From positions 1,376,001-1,440,000 of the forward strand of contig OZ244651.1 of the NCBI GenBank assembly GCA_965218695.1: 64,000 bases of DNA, written 5' to 3'. Both the position numbers and the translations under genes were made by a program. Under the pieces are notes generated by a model. It was not told where the DNA came from. It did not search any database and worked only from the letters and a program-made list of their open reading frames with translations. The stretch comes from Nitrosopumilus sp. GTDB taxonomy: Archaea > Thermoproteota > Nitrososphaeria > Nitrososphaerales > Nitrosopumilaceae. Shown here piece by piece: positions 30,267-39,547 of the stretch; the first letter of the stretch is position 1; each line of letters begins with the position of its first letter.

Positions 30267-31558
30267 CAGTCTTCCCAGAAGTAGCTCAGGGTAGCACCGG
30301 CGGCGGGGGCTCCGGCGGCTCTTTGTAGCCAAATACGATCAGCAACAGCAGCATGTCCCTGAGATCCTGTTGGGTGATCGGGGGATCCGTGGGATAAATC
30401 CCGGTAACGTGCATCAGCGTTGCGTTTGCCATTACCCAAGCGTTAAAGACGGCTACAGAGTACACAAAGCACAAAAGTCGCGCCATCGGGTTCTTGCTGT
30501 GCGTCTTGGCCCTTGTGTTTTCTATCATCCGGTATCCAGTCTCTATGCCCCACCTGTTCCCGTACGAGTCCGGATCCACGTCGGGGACGTTGGTGGCAAA
30601 CCCGATGTATTTCTCGTGCGGCAGCAGCTCGTCGTCGTCCTTTCTTTTCTTCCTCTTCTTCCTTTCTGTGATGGTCATCGTATACGACACCTCCCTGCCA
30701 TCTCCCCCGACGATGACGGATTTGGAGACGCGGCCGCGCCTGCCTGTAGCAAACTCTGCGATGGCATCCACCACAGTATCCGTATTCTTGCATGGTATCA
30801 GATATTTGATGCCCATGTCCCCAAGCGTCCCCATTACGTCTGCCGTAAAGAACTCCCTGTCCAGCATCGCCATTCCGATGCAGGCCCCCACGTCCCGTGC
30901 AGAGCCGATGATTTTACGCACGAAATCGGCAGTATCCTCAAGTGACGGCATGTTCAGGACGCCTAACACGAGGCGAAGGTTCTGAACCGTGGACTGTATC
31001 GTGATGTACCTCTCAAAGACGTGTGTCCCGTCCTTGGCCTTTGAGCGCACCAGTTCTGCCCCGTAGCTCTTGTCGTATCTGGGTATCAGGTGCATGTCGA
31101 TTGCCAAGTCAATCTCCTGGTCTTTCTTGAGCAGTCTCATCTTGCGCATCTGGTCAAGCTGCAGGACGACTGTCTTGGCAAAGCATTTGTAGACGTCGCT
31201 GCCACGCGTCCGGGATGCCGCATCGCGCATCCACTCATCACTTGGGCGTGAGTCCCCGTCTGCACCGCCGATTCTCTTGGAGGACCTGGTGCATCCGGCC
31301 ACCTGCCTGCCGTGCGCACATGCGCCTGCCATGCTTCTGTGAAAATCCTCGGTGCCGTAGATGGCATTGTGCCTGTGTGAGACCATGATGCACGGGGACA
31401 TGCCTGCCCCTACCGTGTCCAGAACATCTTGATATATGCGTGGGTTGTTAAGCAAGTCGCGTCTCAGTTGGTTCATTGGTAGTTCGATGACCTTCTGAGA
31501 TTGCCCTAATTGATCTGTTTTGATTTTGGGCTGTTTTCAGGTACTTCTGGGAAGACTG
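30267..31558 (-). mobile_element. ISH3-family element type B, copy 1
   Basis: IR CAGTCTTCCCAGAAGTA at both ends; 5-bp TSD GATGT (30262-66 / 31559-63). Confidence 0.92.
30286..31476 (-). CDS. ISH3 family transposase (type B)
   Basis: LAIDMHLIPRY, MLDREFF, RWGIETGY. Confidence 0.92.
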   Translation of the reverse strand: MNQLRRDLLNNPRIYQDVLDTVGAGMSPCIMVSHRHNAIYGTEDFHRSMAGACAHGRQVAGCTRSSKRIGGADGDSRPSDEWMRDAASRTRGSDVYKCFAKTVVLQLDQMRKMRLLKKDQEIDLAIDMHLIPRYDKSYGAELVRSKAKDGTHVFERYITIQSTVQNLRLVLGVLNMPSLEDTADFVRKIIGSARDVGACIGMAMLDREFFTADVMGTLGDMGIKYLIPCKNTDTVVDAIAEFATGRRGRVSKSVIVGGDGREVSYTMTITERKKRKKRKDDDELLPHEKYIGFATNVPDVDPDSYGNRWGIETGYRMIENTRAKTHSKNPMARLLCFVYSVAVFNAWVMANATLMHVTGIYPTDPPITQQDLRDMLLLLIVFGYKEPPEPPPPVLP

Positions 31559-31581
31559 GATGTATAGGTTAGTTTTTATTT

Positions 31582-31986
31582 TTGGAGCCACAACCGGTTA
31601 TCATGCAAGGGTTTAACGTACCGGGGGCCCTGTATCAGCAGAAATGCGCCCAGCTTTTACAGGAGAGCGAGATGCGCTTTGCAGGAATAGTTGACAAGGA
31701 GGGCGCGCTCGTGGCCGGAGGATTCAAGAAGACCATAGCGCCGTACGAAAAGGACGAGACCAACCTGCAGTCCTTCTTCAAGTTCATCTCGAAGATATCC
31801 ATCAGGCATGACTACGACGAGAGCCTGGGGCCAATCAACTACCTTGCGGCGCGGCGCGACAAGGTCATATTGATAGCATTCCCATTCCCGGTGTCGAAGA
31901 TAGTCCTTTTGATATCCGCAGAACCTACCGTCAGCATCGAGGAGACAGCAGAAAAGGTGGTACGCATATTCACGGACTCGAAATAA
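31582..31986 (+). CDS. Thaumarchaeal DUF6659-like (roadblock-like) protein
   Basis: MRFAGIVDKEGALVAGG...YDESLGPINYLAARRDKV; start may be 31603. Confidence 0.75.
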   Translation: MEPQPVIMQGFNVPGALYQQKCAQLLQESEMRFAGIVDKEGALVAGGFKKTIAPYEKDETNLQSFFKFISKISIRHDYDESLGPINYLAARRDKVILIAFPFPVSKIVLLISAEPTVSIEETAEKVVRIFTDSK

Positions 31987-32229
31987 CTGCAAGGGGAGAG
32001 TCATCAGGCTTCTCATCATAGCAGCTGCAGCAGCAGCTGCAGCAGCCTGTTGCATGGTTACTCCCAGGATATTATAGTGAATTGCGTCGTCTGCCCGAGA
32101 CTAAGAATCAAAGAAATATGGCCAACGCAAGATCCTGCCCCAAAAATCCAGCCAGGCGCACCATCCCTTAAAGGCTCCCGGAAATCCATACGCAAAATAT
32201 ACTTAAGCCGTCCACACCCAACCATATTC

Positions 32230-32787
32230 ATGCTTCCCAGGATAGAGTCCATCAGGCAGATAAGGCAGAAGGTCGGAGTTACGCAAAAAAAGCTTGCAGA
32301 CATGACCGGCGTCAGCACGTCGATGATAAACCAGATAGAGTCAGGCAGGAGCAGGCCAAGCTACGACACGGCAAGAAGGATATTTGACAGCCTTGCAACG
32401 CTGGAGGGGGCATCCTCGTCGCACACGGTGGGGGACTTTTGCAGCAGCGACATCGTAAGGCTAAAGCCCTCCGACACGCTGCACGACGCAATCAGAAGGA
32501 TGCACGAGCTGTCCATCAGCCAGATTCCGGTCATTGACGGAGCCGACGTGGTGGGGCTAATATCCGAAGACGGCATCGTAAGGCACATCTCGGAGATGGG
32601 GGAGGCAGGGATCAAGAAGGCAAGGCTCTCAGACACCATGGAGCCGGTCCCCCCGATCGTGGATCACAAGACCCCTGCAAACGTGCTTGTCCCGCTGATA
32701 AGATACTCAAAGTGCATACTGGTCTCAAGGAACACGAGGATCGTGGGGATAATTACGGCCTCAGACACCCTCAAGATGATGGAGTGA
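32230..32787 (+). CDS. XRE-HTH + CBS domain transcriptional regulator
   Basis: GVTQKKLA...NQIESG HTH followed by a CBS pair (SQIPVID, VGIITASD). Confidence 0.9.
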   Translation: MLPRIESIRQIRQKVGVTQKKLADMTGVSTSMINQIESGRSRPSYDTARRIFDSLATLEGASSSHTVGDFCSSDIVRLKPSDTLHDAIRRMHELSISQIPVIDGADVVGLISEDGIVRHISEMGEAGIKKARLSDTMEPVPPIVDHKTPANVLVPLIRYSKCILVSRNTRIVGIITASDTLKMME

Positions 32788-33183
32788 CTATTCCGGGCGG
32801 GAGCAGAGTTCTGCAAGCACGCCGCCAAGCGACTTTGGGTGGATGAATGTGACCTGCGTTCCCGCAGAGCCCGGCCTTAGCTTTCCCAGGAACCGGATTC
32901 CGCACCCCTCCATCCGCTCCACCTCGCCTGAGATGTCGTCAGTCTCCAGCGCGATGTGGTGAAGCCCCGGGCCCCTGCGGTCAAGGAACTTTTTAATCGG
33001 GCTGTCCGGGCTTGTGGGCTGCATCAGCTCAATCCGGCCGTTCTCCAGGTGAATTATTGCCACGCGGACCCCTTCAGACTCCACCGTCTCAAACTCGACT
33101 TCATCGACTCCGAGGGCCTGCTGGTAGACGCGCGCCGACTCCTCCACGTCACTTACGGCGATTGCGACATGATCGATCAGCAC
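32788..33183 (-). CDS. mce: Methylmalonyl-CoA epimerase
   Basis: IDHVAIAV, IELMQP, GLHHIA, FIHPKSLGGVLAEL. Confidence 0.95.
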   Translation of the reverse strand: MLIDHVAIAVSDVEESARVYQQALGVDEVEFETVESEGVRVAIIHLENGRIELMQPTSPDSPIKKFLDRRGPGLHHIALETDDISGEVERMEGCGIRFLGKLRPGSAGTQVTFIHPKSLGGVLAELCSRPE

Positions 33184-34776
33184 CTAAAAGACCTCCCTTG
33201 GACGGTACTGGCCAAACACGTCGCGGAACGCATTGCTGATCTCGCCGGTGGTGGCATACGCCCTTGCCGATTCCACGATATACGGCATCAGGTTCTCGTC
33301 GGTGTCGGCTGCCGACTTCATCGCGTGCAGCGCGTCCTGGCATCTTTTTTCGTCCCGGGATGCGCGCAGTGCCTTGATCGCCCTCTTCTGCTGGACCTCG
33401 ATCTTGCCGCCGATCCTGAGCAGCTTGGGCTGCGCCTCCTCCTCTGAGTATTTGTTGACGCCCACAAGTATCCTCTGGCCCTCGTCTGCCTCCTTTTTGA
33501 GCCGGTAGGCGTTCTGCCTAATCTCGGACTGGAAGAACCCCCTCTCGATTGCCCGAACCGAGCCGCCCATCCTCTCGATCCTCTTGAGGTACCGCCAGAC
33601 GCCTGCCTCTATCCCGTCGCACAGATCCTCTAGGTAGTGCGAGCCTGCCATCGGGTCGACAGTCTTTGTGATTCCGCTCTCGTGTGCCACGATCTGCTGC
33701 GTCCTGAGCGCGATCTTGGCAGACTCTTGCGTCGGAAGGGCAAGCGCCTCGTCCCGGGAATTGGTGTGAAGCGACTGGGTGCCGCCCATCACCGCAGCCA
33801 TGGTCTGGATTGCGACCCGGACTATGTTGTTGTCCGGCTGCTGTGCGGTGAGCGACTCGCCGCTGGTCTGGGTGTGAAACTTTAGCTGCATCGAGCGCGG
33901 GTTCTTTGCATGAAACATCTCCTTGAGTATCTTGGCGTAGACCTTTCTTGCGACCCTGAACTTGGCCACCTCCTCGAAGAACTCGATGGTACAGCAAAAG
34001 AAGAACGACAGGCGCGGGGCAAAGTCGTCTATCTTGAGGCCCCTGTCGAGGCATGTCTGGATGTATGCGATGGCGTTTGCCAGCGTGAACGCGACCTCCT
34101 GGGTTGCGGTGCATCCGGCCTCCCTCATGTGGTACCCGGATATCGATACAGGATACCATGACGGGACGTGCTCTGCGCAGTACCCTATCATGTCGCCGAT
34201 CAGGCGCATTGAGGGCTTTGGCGGATAGATGTACGTGTTTCGTGCGATGTACTCCTTGAGGATGTCGTTTTGTGTCGTGCCCCGCAGCTGATTACTCTGG
34301 AATCTCTGGGACTGGCCCACTGCGATATAGTATGCAAGCAGCGTGGATGCAGTGGAGTTGATGGTCATGGAGGTGCTGACCTTTCCCAGCGGAATACCGT
34401 CAAACGCAGTCATCATGTCCTTGATTGACGTGATGGATACCCCGACCTTTCCCACCTCGCCTTCTGCCTGCGGGGAGTCAGAGTCGTAGCCTATCTGGGT
34501 TGGCAGGTCAAATGCCATGCTCAGGCCCGTCTGGCCCTTCTCAAGCATGAACTTGAACCGCTCGTTGGTGAGCTGCGCGTCGCCAAACCCGGAGTACTGC
34601 CTCATCGTCCACAGCCGGTCCCGGTACATCCCGGGATGAATTCCCCTGGTGAACGGGTACCTTCCGGAATCCCCGGACGGCGGCCTGTCCTTGGAGGATC
34701 TGCGGTGGATCCTCTTTACGGGTATGTTCGAATCAGTAAATATCTTGGCATTATCACCATTAGGCTTTGCATTCAT
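33184..34776 (-). CDS. Methylmalonyl-CoA mutase large (substrate-binding) subunit
   Basis: WTMRQYSGF, AFDLPTQ, QNDILKEY, SLHTNSRDEA. Confidence 0.95.
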   Translation of the reverse strand: MNAKPNGDNAKIFTDSNIPVKRIHRRSSKDRPPSGDSGRYPFTRGIHPGMYRDRLWTMRQYSGFGDAQLTNERFKFMLEKGQTGLSMAFDLPTQIGYDSDSPQAEGEVGKVGVSITSIKDMMTAFDGIPLGKVSTSMTINSTASTLLAYYIAVGQSQRFQSNQLRGTTQNDILKEYIARNTYIYPPKPSMRLIGDMIGYCAEHVPSWYPVSISGYHMREAGCTATQEVAFTLANAIAYIQTCLDRGLKIDDFAPRLSFFFCCTIEFFEEVAKFRVARKVYAKILKEMFHAKNPRSMQLKFHTQTSGESLTAQQPDNNIVRVAIQTMAAVMGGTQSLHTNSRDEALALPTQESAKIALRTQQIVAHESGITKTVDPMAGSHYLEDLCDGIEAGVWRYLKRIERMGGSVRAIERGFFQSEIRQNAYRLKKEADEGQRILVGVNKYSEEEAQPKLLRIGGKIEVQQKRAIKALRASRDEKRCQDALHAMKSAADTDENLMPYIVESARAYATTGEISNAFRDVFGQYRPREVF

Positions 34777-34782
34777 TAGTCA

Positions 34783-35709
34783 TCACTTCAGTATGGATTT
34801 GGTTATCCTGGCACCTGCCTCAAGCGGATCCATGCTGCCCTCCTGCACCTTGAGAAGGTGCCGCGCAGTGGCCTTGTCGGAGAGTAGCATGTCATCGATT
34901 CTGCCGCGAATGTTATTTAAAATGATATCCTTTAGCTCTGCCTCGAGGCGCAGTTTGCGCGTCTCCTTTTTGGACTCTGCCCTGGACTTCATCATGTCCT
35001 TGAGCACCTTTGCAAACTCGCCGATTCCCGTATTCCTCTTTGCAGACGTCTTGAGGACGATCGGCCTTCTCTCAGAGCCTCCTATGAAGTCCTGCACGGC
35101 ATCAAAGAGCCGGCTAGAGCCTGCAAGATCGCTTTTGTTGATGAGGTAGATGTCGCCAATCTCGGTCAGCCCGGCCTTGATGGTCTGGATGCTGTCGCCG
35201 GTATTGGGGTTGAATACCACCACGGTTATGTCTGCAATCTTGGATATCTCCACCTCGGTCTGTCCTGCCCCGACGCTCTCGATTATTATCGGGTTGAACC
35301 CGGCATACTCCAGCACGCGGATGCTGTTTCTCAGGGAGTCTGCCACCGCGCCTGTCGCGCCCCTTGATGCGATGCTCCGGATATACACGCCAGAGTCGGT
35401 GGACTCGCTCATCCTGACCCTGTCTCCGAGTATGGCGCCCCCGGTGATGTGGCTCGTGGGATCTATTGCCAGCACCGCAGGCTTGGTGCGCAGCTTCCTC
35501 AGGTCCAGAATGGTCTGGTTGATAAGCGAGCTCTTGCCGGCGCCTGCAGGCCCGGTTATCCCGATTATGACAGAGTTTCCAGTCTCCCTGAATATCTCCT
35601 TTAGCAGTTCCCGGGTCCCATCCGGATCGTTTTCCACCGTGGTTATGGCCTTTGCAATGGCACCCCGCCTCCCCTTCTTCAGATCAGGTATCAGATCCAA
35701 TACGGTCAT
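34783..35709 (-). CDS. meaB: MeaB/ArgK GTPase chaperone of methylmalonyl-CoA mutase
   Basis: GPAGAGKSS, GGAILGDRVRM, ESVGAGQ, NKSD; start placed at MTVLD. Confidence 0.93.
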   Translation of the reverse strand: MTVLDLIPDLKKGRRGAIAKAITTVENDPDGTRELLKEIFRETGNSVIIGITGPAGAGKSSLINQTILDLRKLRTKPAVLAIDPTSHITGGAILGDRVRMSESTDSGVYIRSIASRGATGAVADSLRNSIRVLEYAGFNPIIIESVGAGQTEVEISKIADITVVVFNPNTGDSIQTIKAGLTEIGDIYLINKSDLAGSSRLFDAVQDFIGGSERRPIVLKTSAKRNTGIGEFAKVLKDMMKSRAESKKETRKLRLEAELKDIILNNIRGRIDDMLLSDKATARHLLKVQEGSMDPLEAGARITKSILK

Positions 35710-36962
35710 GGCTCCAAGGGGCAATAAAATCTTGTTCCCCTTTTTCTTCCCGGAATTTTTCATAATACAGGCAGGCGGACCCGGCAGGGTCGCAGTCACG
35801 GCATACAGCAACGACTCCAGAATTCTTAAACGCTGGGTGACAATGGCGTGCAAGGATCCCGTAATGGAGGGGTGAAATTCTATGGATCAAGGTCGTCAAT
35901 GTGCTTTTGTGCCTGCCTGTTTTTGGGCATGCCATTTTTTACCTTGCCTGCCAACTCCTTTTTGCATGATTCACGCGGAGTCTTGATCATTCTGCGAATT
36001 ACATGGATGGCCATGCATGGGCCTGCCACATAGATGCCTGCAATAACTCCAATCGAGAGAATCCCAAATGTCAGGATCGATGCATCCGAGTTGGAATCTG
36101 CAAGCGTCATGATTCCCAGAGCGTACATTGCAGGCATGATCATTCCCCTCACCACATCGCCAAACATGGGATTCTCCCTTTGGAGATCGGCAATCGCAGG
36201 CGAGAAGGAATAATAGAATTGGTTGAATGCCGTCATGAACGATGCGCCGACGTCGGCGGATAGTAATGTATTGTCCCGGATTTCTCTAAGGAACTGGACC
36301 TGGGGCGCAAGTTCGCTGCCATATGCAGCAGTTGCAACAAGGCATCCACCGCCGTCAGACGACTGTCCGTTCTCTTTTTCAAAAGACGGGTCAGATTCTG
36401 TGCCATACGTGATCTTTATCTGCTCTACCCCCCTCCCAGAATACTCATCCAACGTCAAGTATAGTTCGTCAGTCGTTATCCCTCTGAAAATCTCCCCGTC
36501 TATCTGAGTACTGAATCTGTTTTCCGAATCAATCTGGATGGGCTTCGAATCAAAAGCGACCCATTTTCCGACATAGTCGCTGAACTGGCCCGATACCGTG
36601 ACCGGCTCCCCGTATTCGTAATGTTGCTTGTCGCTGGCAAATGTTACAAAAACGTCATCTCCCCTAAAATTTTTGAACGGGTGGCCGTCAGTCGTATTGT
36701 TTGCGACGTTAAAATACATGATGTCGTAGCCGTAGAATCTTCCGTCCGCCTTGACGGTGGCAGGCCCCTCACCCACTGCGCGGATCGTCGCCTCCAAATG
36801 AAATGACAGCAGGACGGGTGGAAGATCTTGGTAGTATGCCAAAGTACCGCTATCGGTCCGTTCTGAATCCGGGGCGTCTACAAACACAAGGTTATCACTC
36901 AGTGTTATGCCAAAACGTTTGTAATCGTCGGGGAATGGGAGAATCTTCTCAGGATCCACGTT

Positions 36963-38254
36963 CAGTCTTCCCAGAAGTACCTGAAAACAGCCCAAAATCA
37001 AAACAGATCAATTAGGGCAATCTCAGAAGGTCATCGAACTACCAATGAACCAACTGAGACGCGACTTGCTTAACAACCCACGCATATATCAAGATGTTCT
37101 GGACACGGTAGGGGCAGGCATGTCCCCGTGCATCATGGTCTCACACAGGCACAATGCCATCTACGGCACCGAGGATTTTCACAGAAGCATGGCAGGCGCA
37201 TGTGCGCACGGCAGGCAGGTGGCCGGATGCACCAGGTCCTCCAAGAGAATCGGCGGTGCAGACGGGGACTCACGCCCAAGTGATGAGTGGATGCGCGATG
37301 CGGCATCCCGGACGCGTGGCAGCAACGTCTACAAATGCTTTGCCAAGACAGTCGTTCTGCAGCTTGACCAGATGCGCAAGATGAGACTGCTCAAGAAAGA
37401 CCAGGAGATTGACTTGGCAATCGACATGCACCTGATACCCAGATACGACAAGAGCTACGGGGCAGAACTGGTGCGCTCAAAGGCCAAGGACGGGACACAC
37501 GTCTTTGAGAGGTACATCACGATACAGTCCACGGTTCAGAACCTTCGCCTCGTGTTAGGCGTCCTGAACATGCCGTCACTTGAGGATACTGCCGATTTCG
37601 TGCGTAAAATCATCGGCTCTGCACGGGACGTGGGGGCCTGCATCGGAATGGCGATGCTGGACAGGGAGTTCTTTACGGCAGACGTAATGGGGACGCTTGG
37701 GGACATGGGCATCAAATATCTGATACCATGCAAGAATACGGATACTGTGGTGGATGCCATCGCAGAGTTTGCTACAGGCAGGCGCGGCCGCGTCTCCAAA
37801 TCCGTCATCGTCGGGGGAGATGGCAGGGAGGTGTCGTATACGATGACCATCACAGAAAGGAAGAAGAGGAAGAAAAGAAAGGACGACGACGAGCTGCTGC
37901 CGCACGAGAAATACATCGGGTTTGTCACCAACGTCCCCGACGTGGATCCGGACTCGTACGGGAACAGGTGGGGCATAGAGACTGGATACCGGATGATAGA
38001 AAACACAAGGGCCAAGACGCACAGCAAGAACCCGATGGCGCGACTTTTGTGCTTTGTGTACTCTGTAGCCGTCTTTAACGCTTGGGTAATGGCAAACGCA
38101 ACGCTGATGCACGTTACCGGGATTTATCCCACGGATCCCCCGATCACCCAACAGGATCTCAGGGACATGCTGCTGTTGCTGATCGTATTTGGCTACAAAG
38201 AGCCGCCGGAGCCCCCGCCGCCGGTGCTACCCTGAGCTACTTCTGGGAAGACTG
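36963..38254 (+). mobile_element. ISH3-family element type B, copy 2
   Basis: IR CAGTCTTCCCAGAAGTA; 5-bp TSD ACGTT (36958-62 / 38255-59). Confidence 0.92.
37045..38235 (+). CDS. ISH3 family transposase (type B; 2 aa differences from copy 1)
   Basis: D/N and A/V differences visible in the ORF track. Confidence 0.92.
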   Translation: MNQLRRDLLNNPRIYQDVLDTVGAGMSPCIMVSHRHNAIYGTEDFHRSMAGACAHGRQVAGCTRSSKRIGGADGDSRPSDEWMRDAASRTRGSNVYKCFAKTVVLQLDQMRKMRLLKKDQEIDLAIDMHLIPRYDKSYGAELVRSKAKDGTHVFERYITIQSTVQNLRLVLGVLNMPSLEDTADFVRKIIGSARDVGACIGMAMLDREFFTADVMGTLGDMGIKYLIPCKNTDTVVDAIAEFATGRRGRVSKSVIVGGDGREVSYTMTITERKKRKKRKDDDELLPHEKYIGFVTNVPDVDPDSYGNRWGIETGYRMIENTRAKTHSKNPMARLLCFVYSVAVFNAWVMANATLMHVTGIYPTDPPITQQDLRDMLLLLIVFGYKEPPEPPPPVLP

Positions 38255-39142
38255 ACGTTTGAAACTGTAACCGTCGCAGTTTCTCCCAAGTTTGGCAAGT
38301 TTGAGATGGATATGTCGGTATTGCCCATCTTGGCATTCCATGACAAACCAACTGAGTATGGAATACAATAGTTGCCGGTGCTTGCTCTCACTCCAGTGGA
38401 GCAGAATGCATTGGATGCATACGCGTTGACGTCTAGTGGCGGATTGTCGCCTATGTGTTTCCATTCATAAAATGACAGGCCGGGAAGATAAAATCCATAT
38501 CCGCTCTTGATCAATTCGTTCCTTTCGTCATGCGAAACACAGACTTTTTCCCGATCTGAGTTTCTAATCAGATAATGCTTGTCGGCATCGCATGGATTTG
38601 TCAGTAGGTCCTCATAAAATGCCGCAAACTCAACAAACGACATGGGTTCAAGCACAGTGCACTCGTCCCCGATATGCCAGTTCTCTCCAGCCAGGCTGTA
38701 CCCGACAACGTATCTGTCCCCGGCCTTTACGGCGTGCGCATTGATCACACTCACGGAATCCGATTCCAGTGGGAATTCCTTGTTGCCATAAATTACTTCG
38801 TCAATGGTAAAAGCGGTGGTTGCCCGACTCGAGAGAAGAAAATCCCCATTGAATTCGGGAGGATCATAAATTTTCTCCTCGGAGGAGACAACGGTAACAG
38901 TCACGATTGCAACCCTTTCCCCGTCATATCCGAATAAGGCGTCTGGGTGATAGCACACGGTTGCGTTTGCCTCCTGACTGAAGACCATGCCATTGAGACC
39001 AAGCAACAGACTTGCAAAAAAGACAGCTCTGACTGATTGCATCATCTTGCCCTGACGGCCAGCATTGCGGGCGGTGTCCATGGAGTTGATTATCAGCGGA
39101 CTTGTAAATAACTGCCATGCCCAACCCTGCCGGCCTGCATCA

Positions 39143-39547
39143 TCATTCCCCGGCATAGATTATCGGGGGGACGGGATCCCCCAGGGGGTAAATCTCGGTC
39201 TTGATCTGCACGTGTCCGAACTCGCTGTGCTCGACTTCAAGCACTACCGGGTGCACTGCCCAGCCGTGCTTGGGGGTACCCTGGAATGGCACAGTCTCGG
39301 TAAACCCGGAGCCCTCGAACCTTTTCTGGAACGATTCGGACATTCCAAGAATCTCGAGCACCACCGAGTCGGTGTTGCCTGAGATGTCATCATAGATGAT
39401 CTCCACGTTTCCGGTGTCATGGTATATGGCGCTGACATGAAGCGTCTCCCTAAGGGCCGTATCGTCCCCCCCTCTGTCCCCGGTCAAAAATATGAGTGCC
39501 AATATAGTGACCACTCCAAGAAGGATCGGGGCGGTAAACCTAGCCAT
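39143..39547 (-). CDS. Membrane-anchored hypothetical protein
   Basis: N-terminal hydrophobic helix; overlaps the pepN stop. Confidence 0.7.
   Translation of the reverse strand: MARFTAPILLGVVTILALIFLTGDRGGDDTALRETLHVSAIYHDTGNVEIIYDDISGNTDSVVLEILGMSESFQKRFEGSGFTETVPFQGTPKHGWAVHPVVLEVEHSEFGHVQIKTEIYPLGDPVPPIIYAGE

Larger units (their letters stand above)
35880..39045 (-). pseudogene. Secreted surface protein with CFI-box-CTERM sorting domain, interrupted by ISH3-B copy 2
   Basis: Signal peptide MMQSVRAVFFASLLL; frame rejoins as ...TVSNV|DPEKIL... after removing the IS and one ACGTT; GGGCLVATAAYGSELAPQVQFLREIRD. Confidence 0.85.

Noticed and set aside
30267-38254. Composite transposon of two inverted ISH3-B copies carrying mce-mcmA-meaB
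   Set aside because: Each copy has its own TSD (GATGT and ACGTT), so they are independent insertions, and the interrupted gene is still collinear (no inversion).
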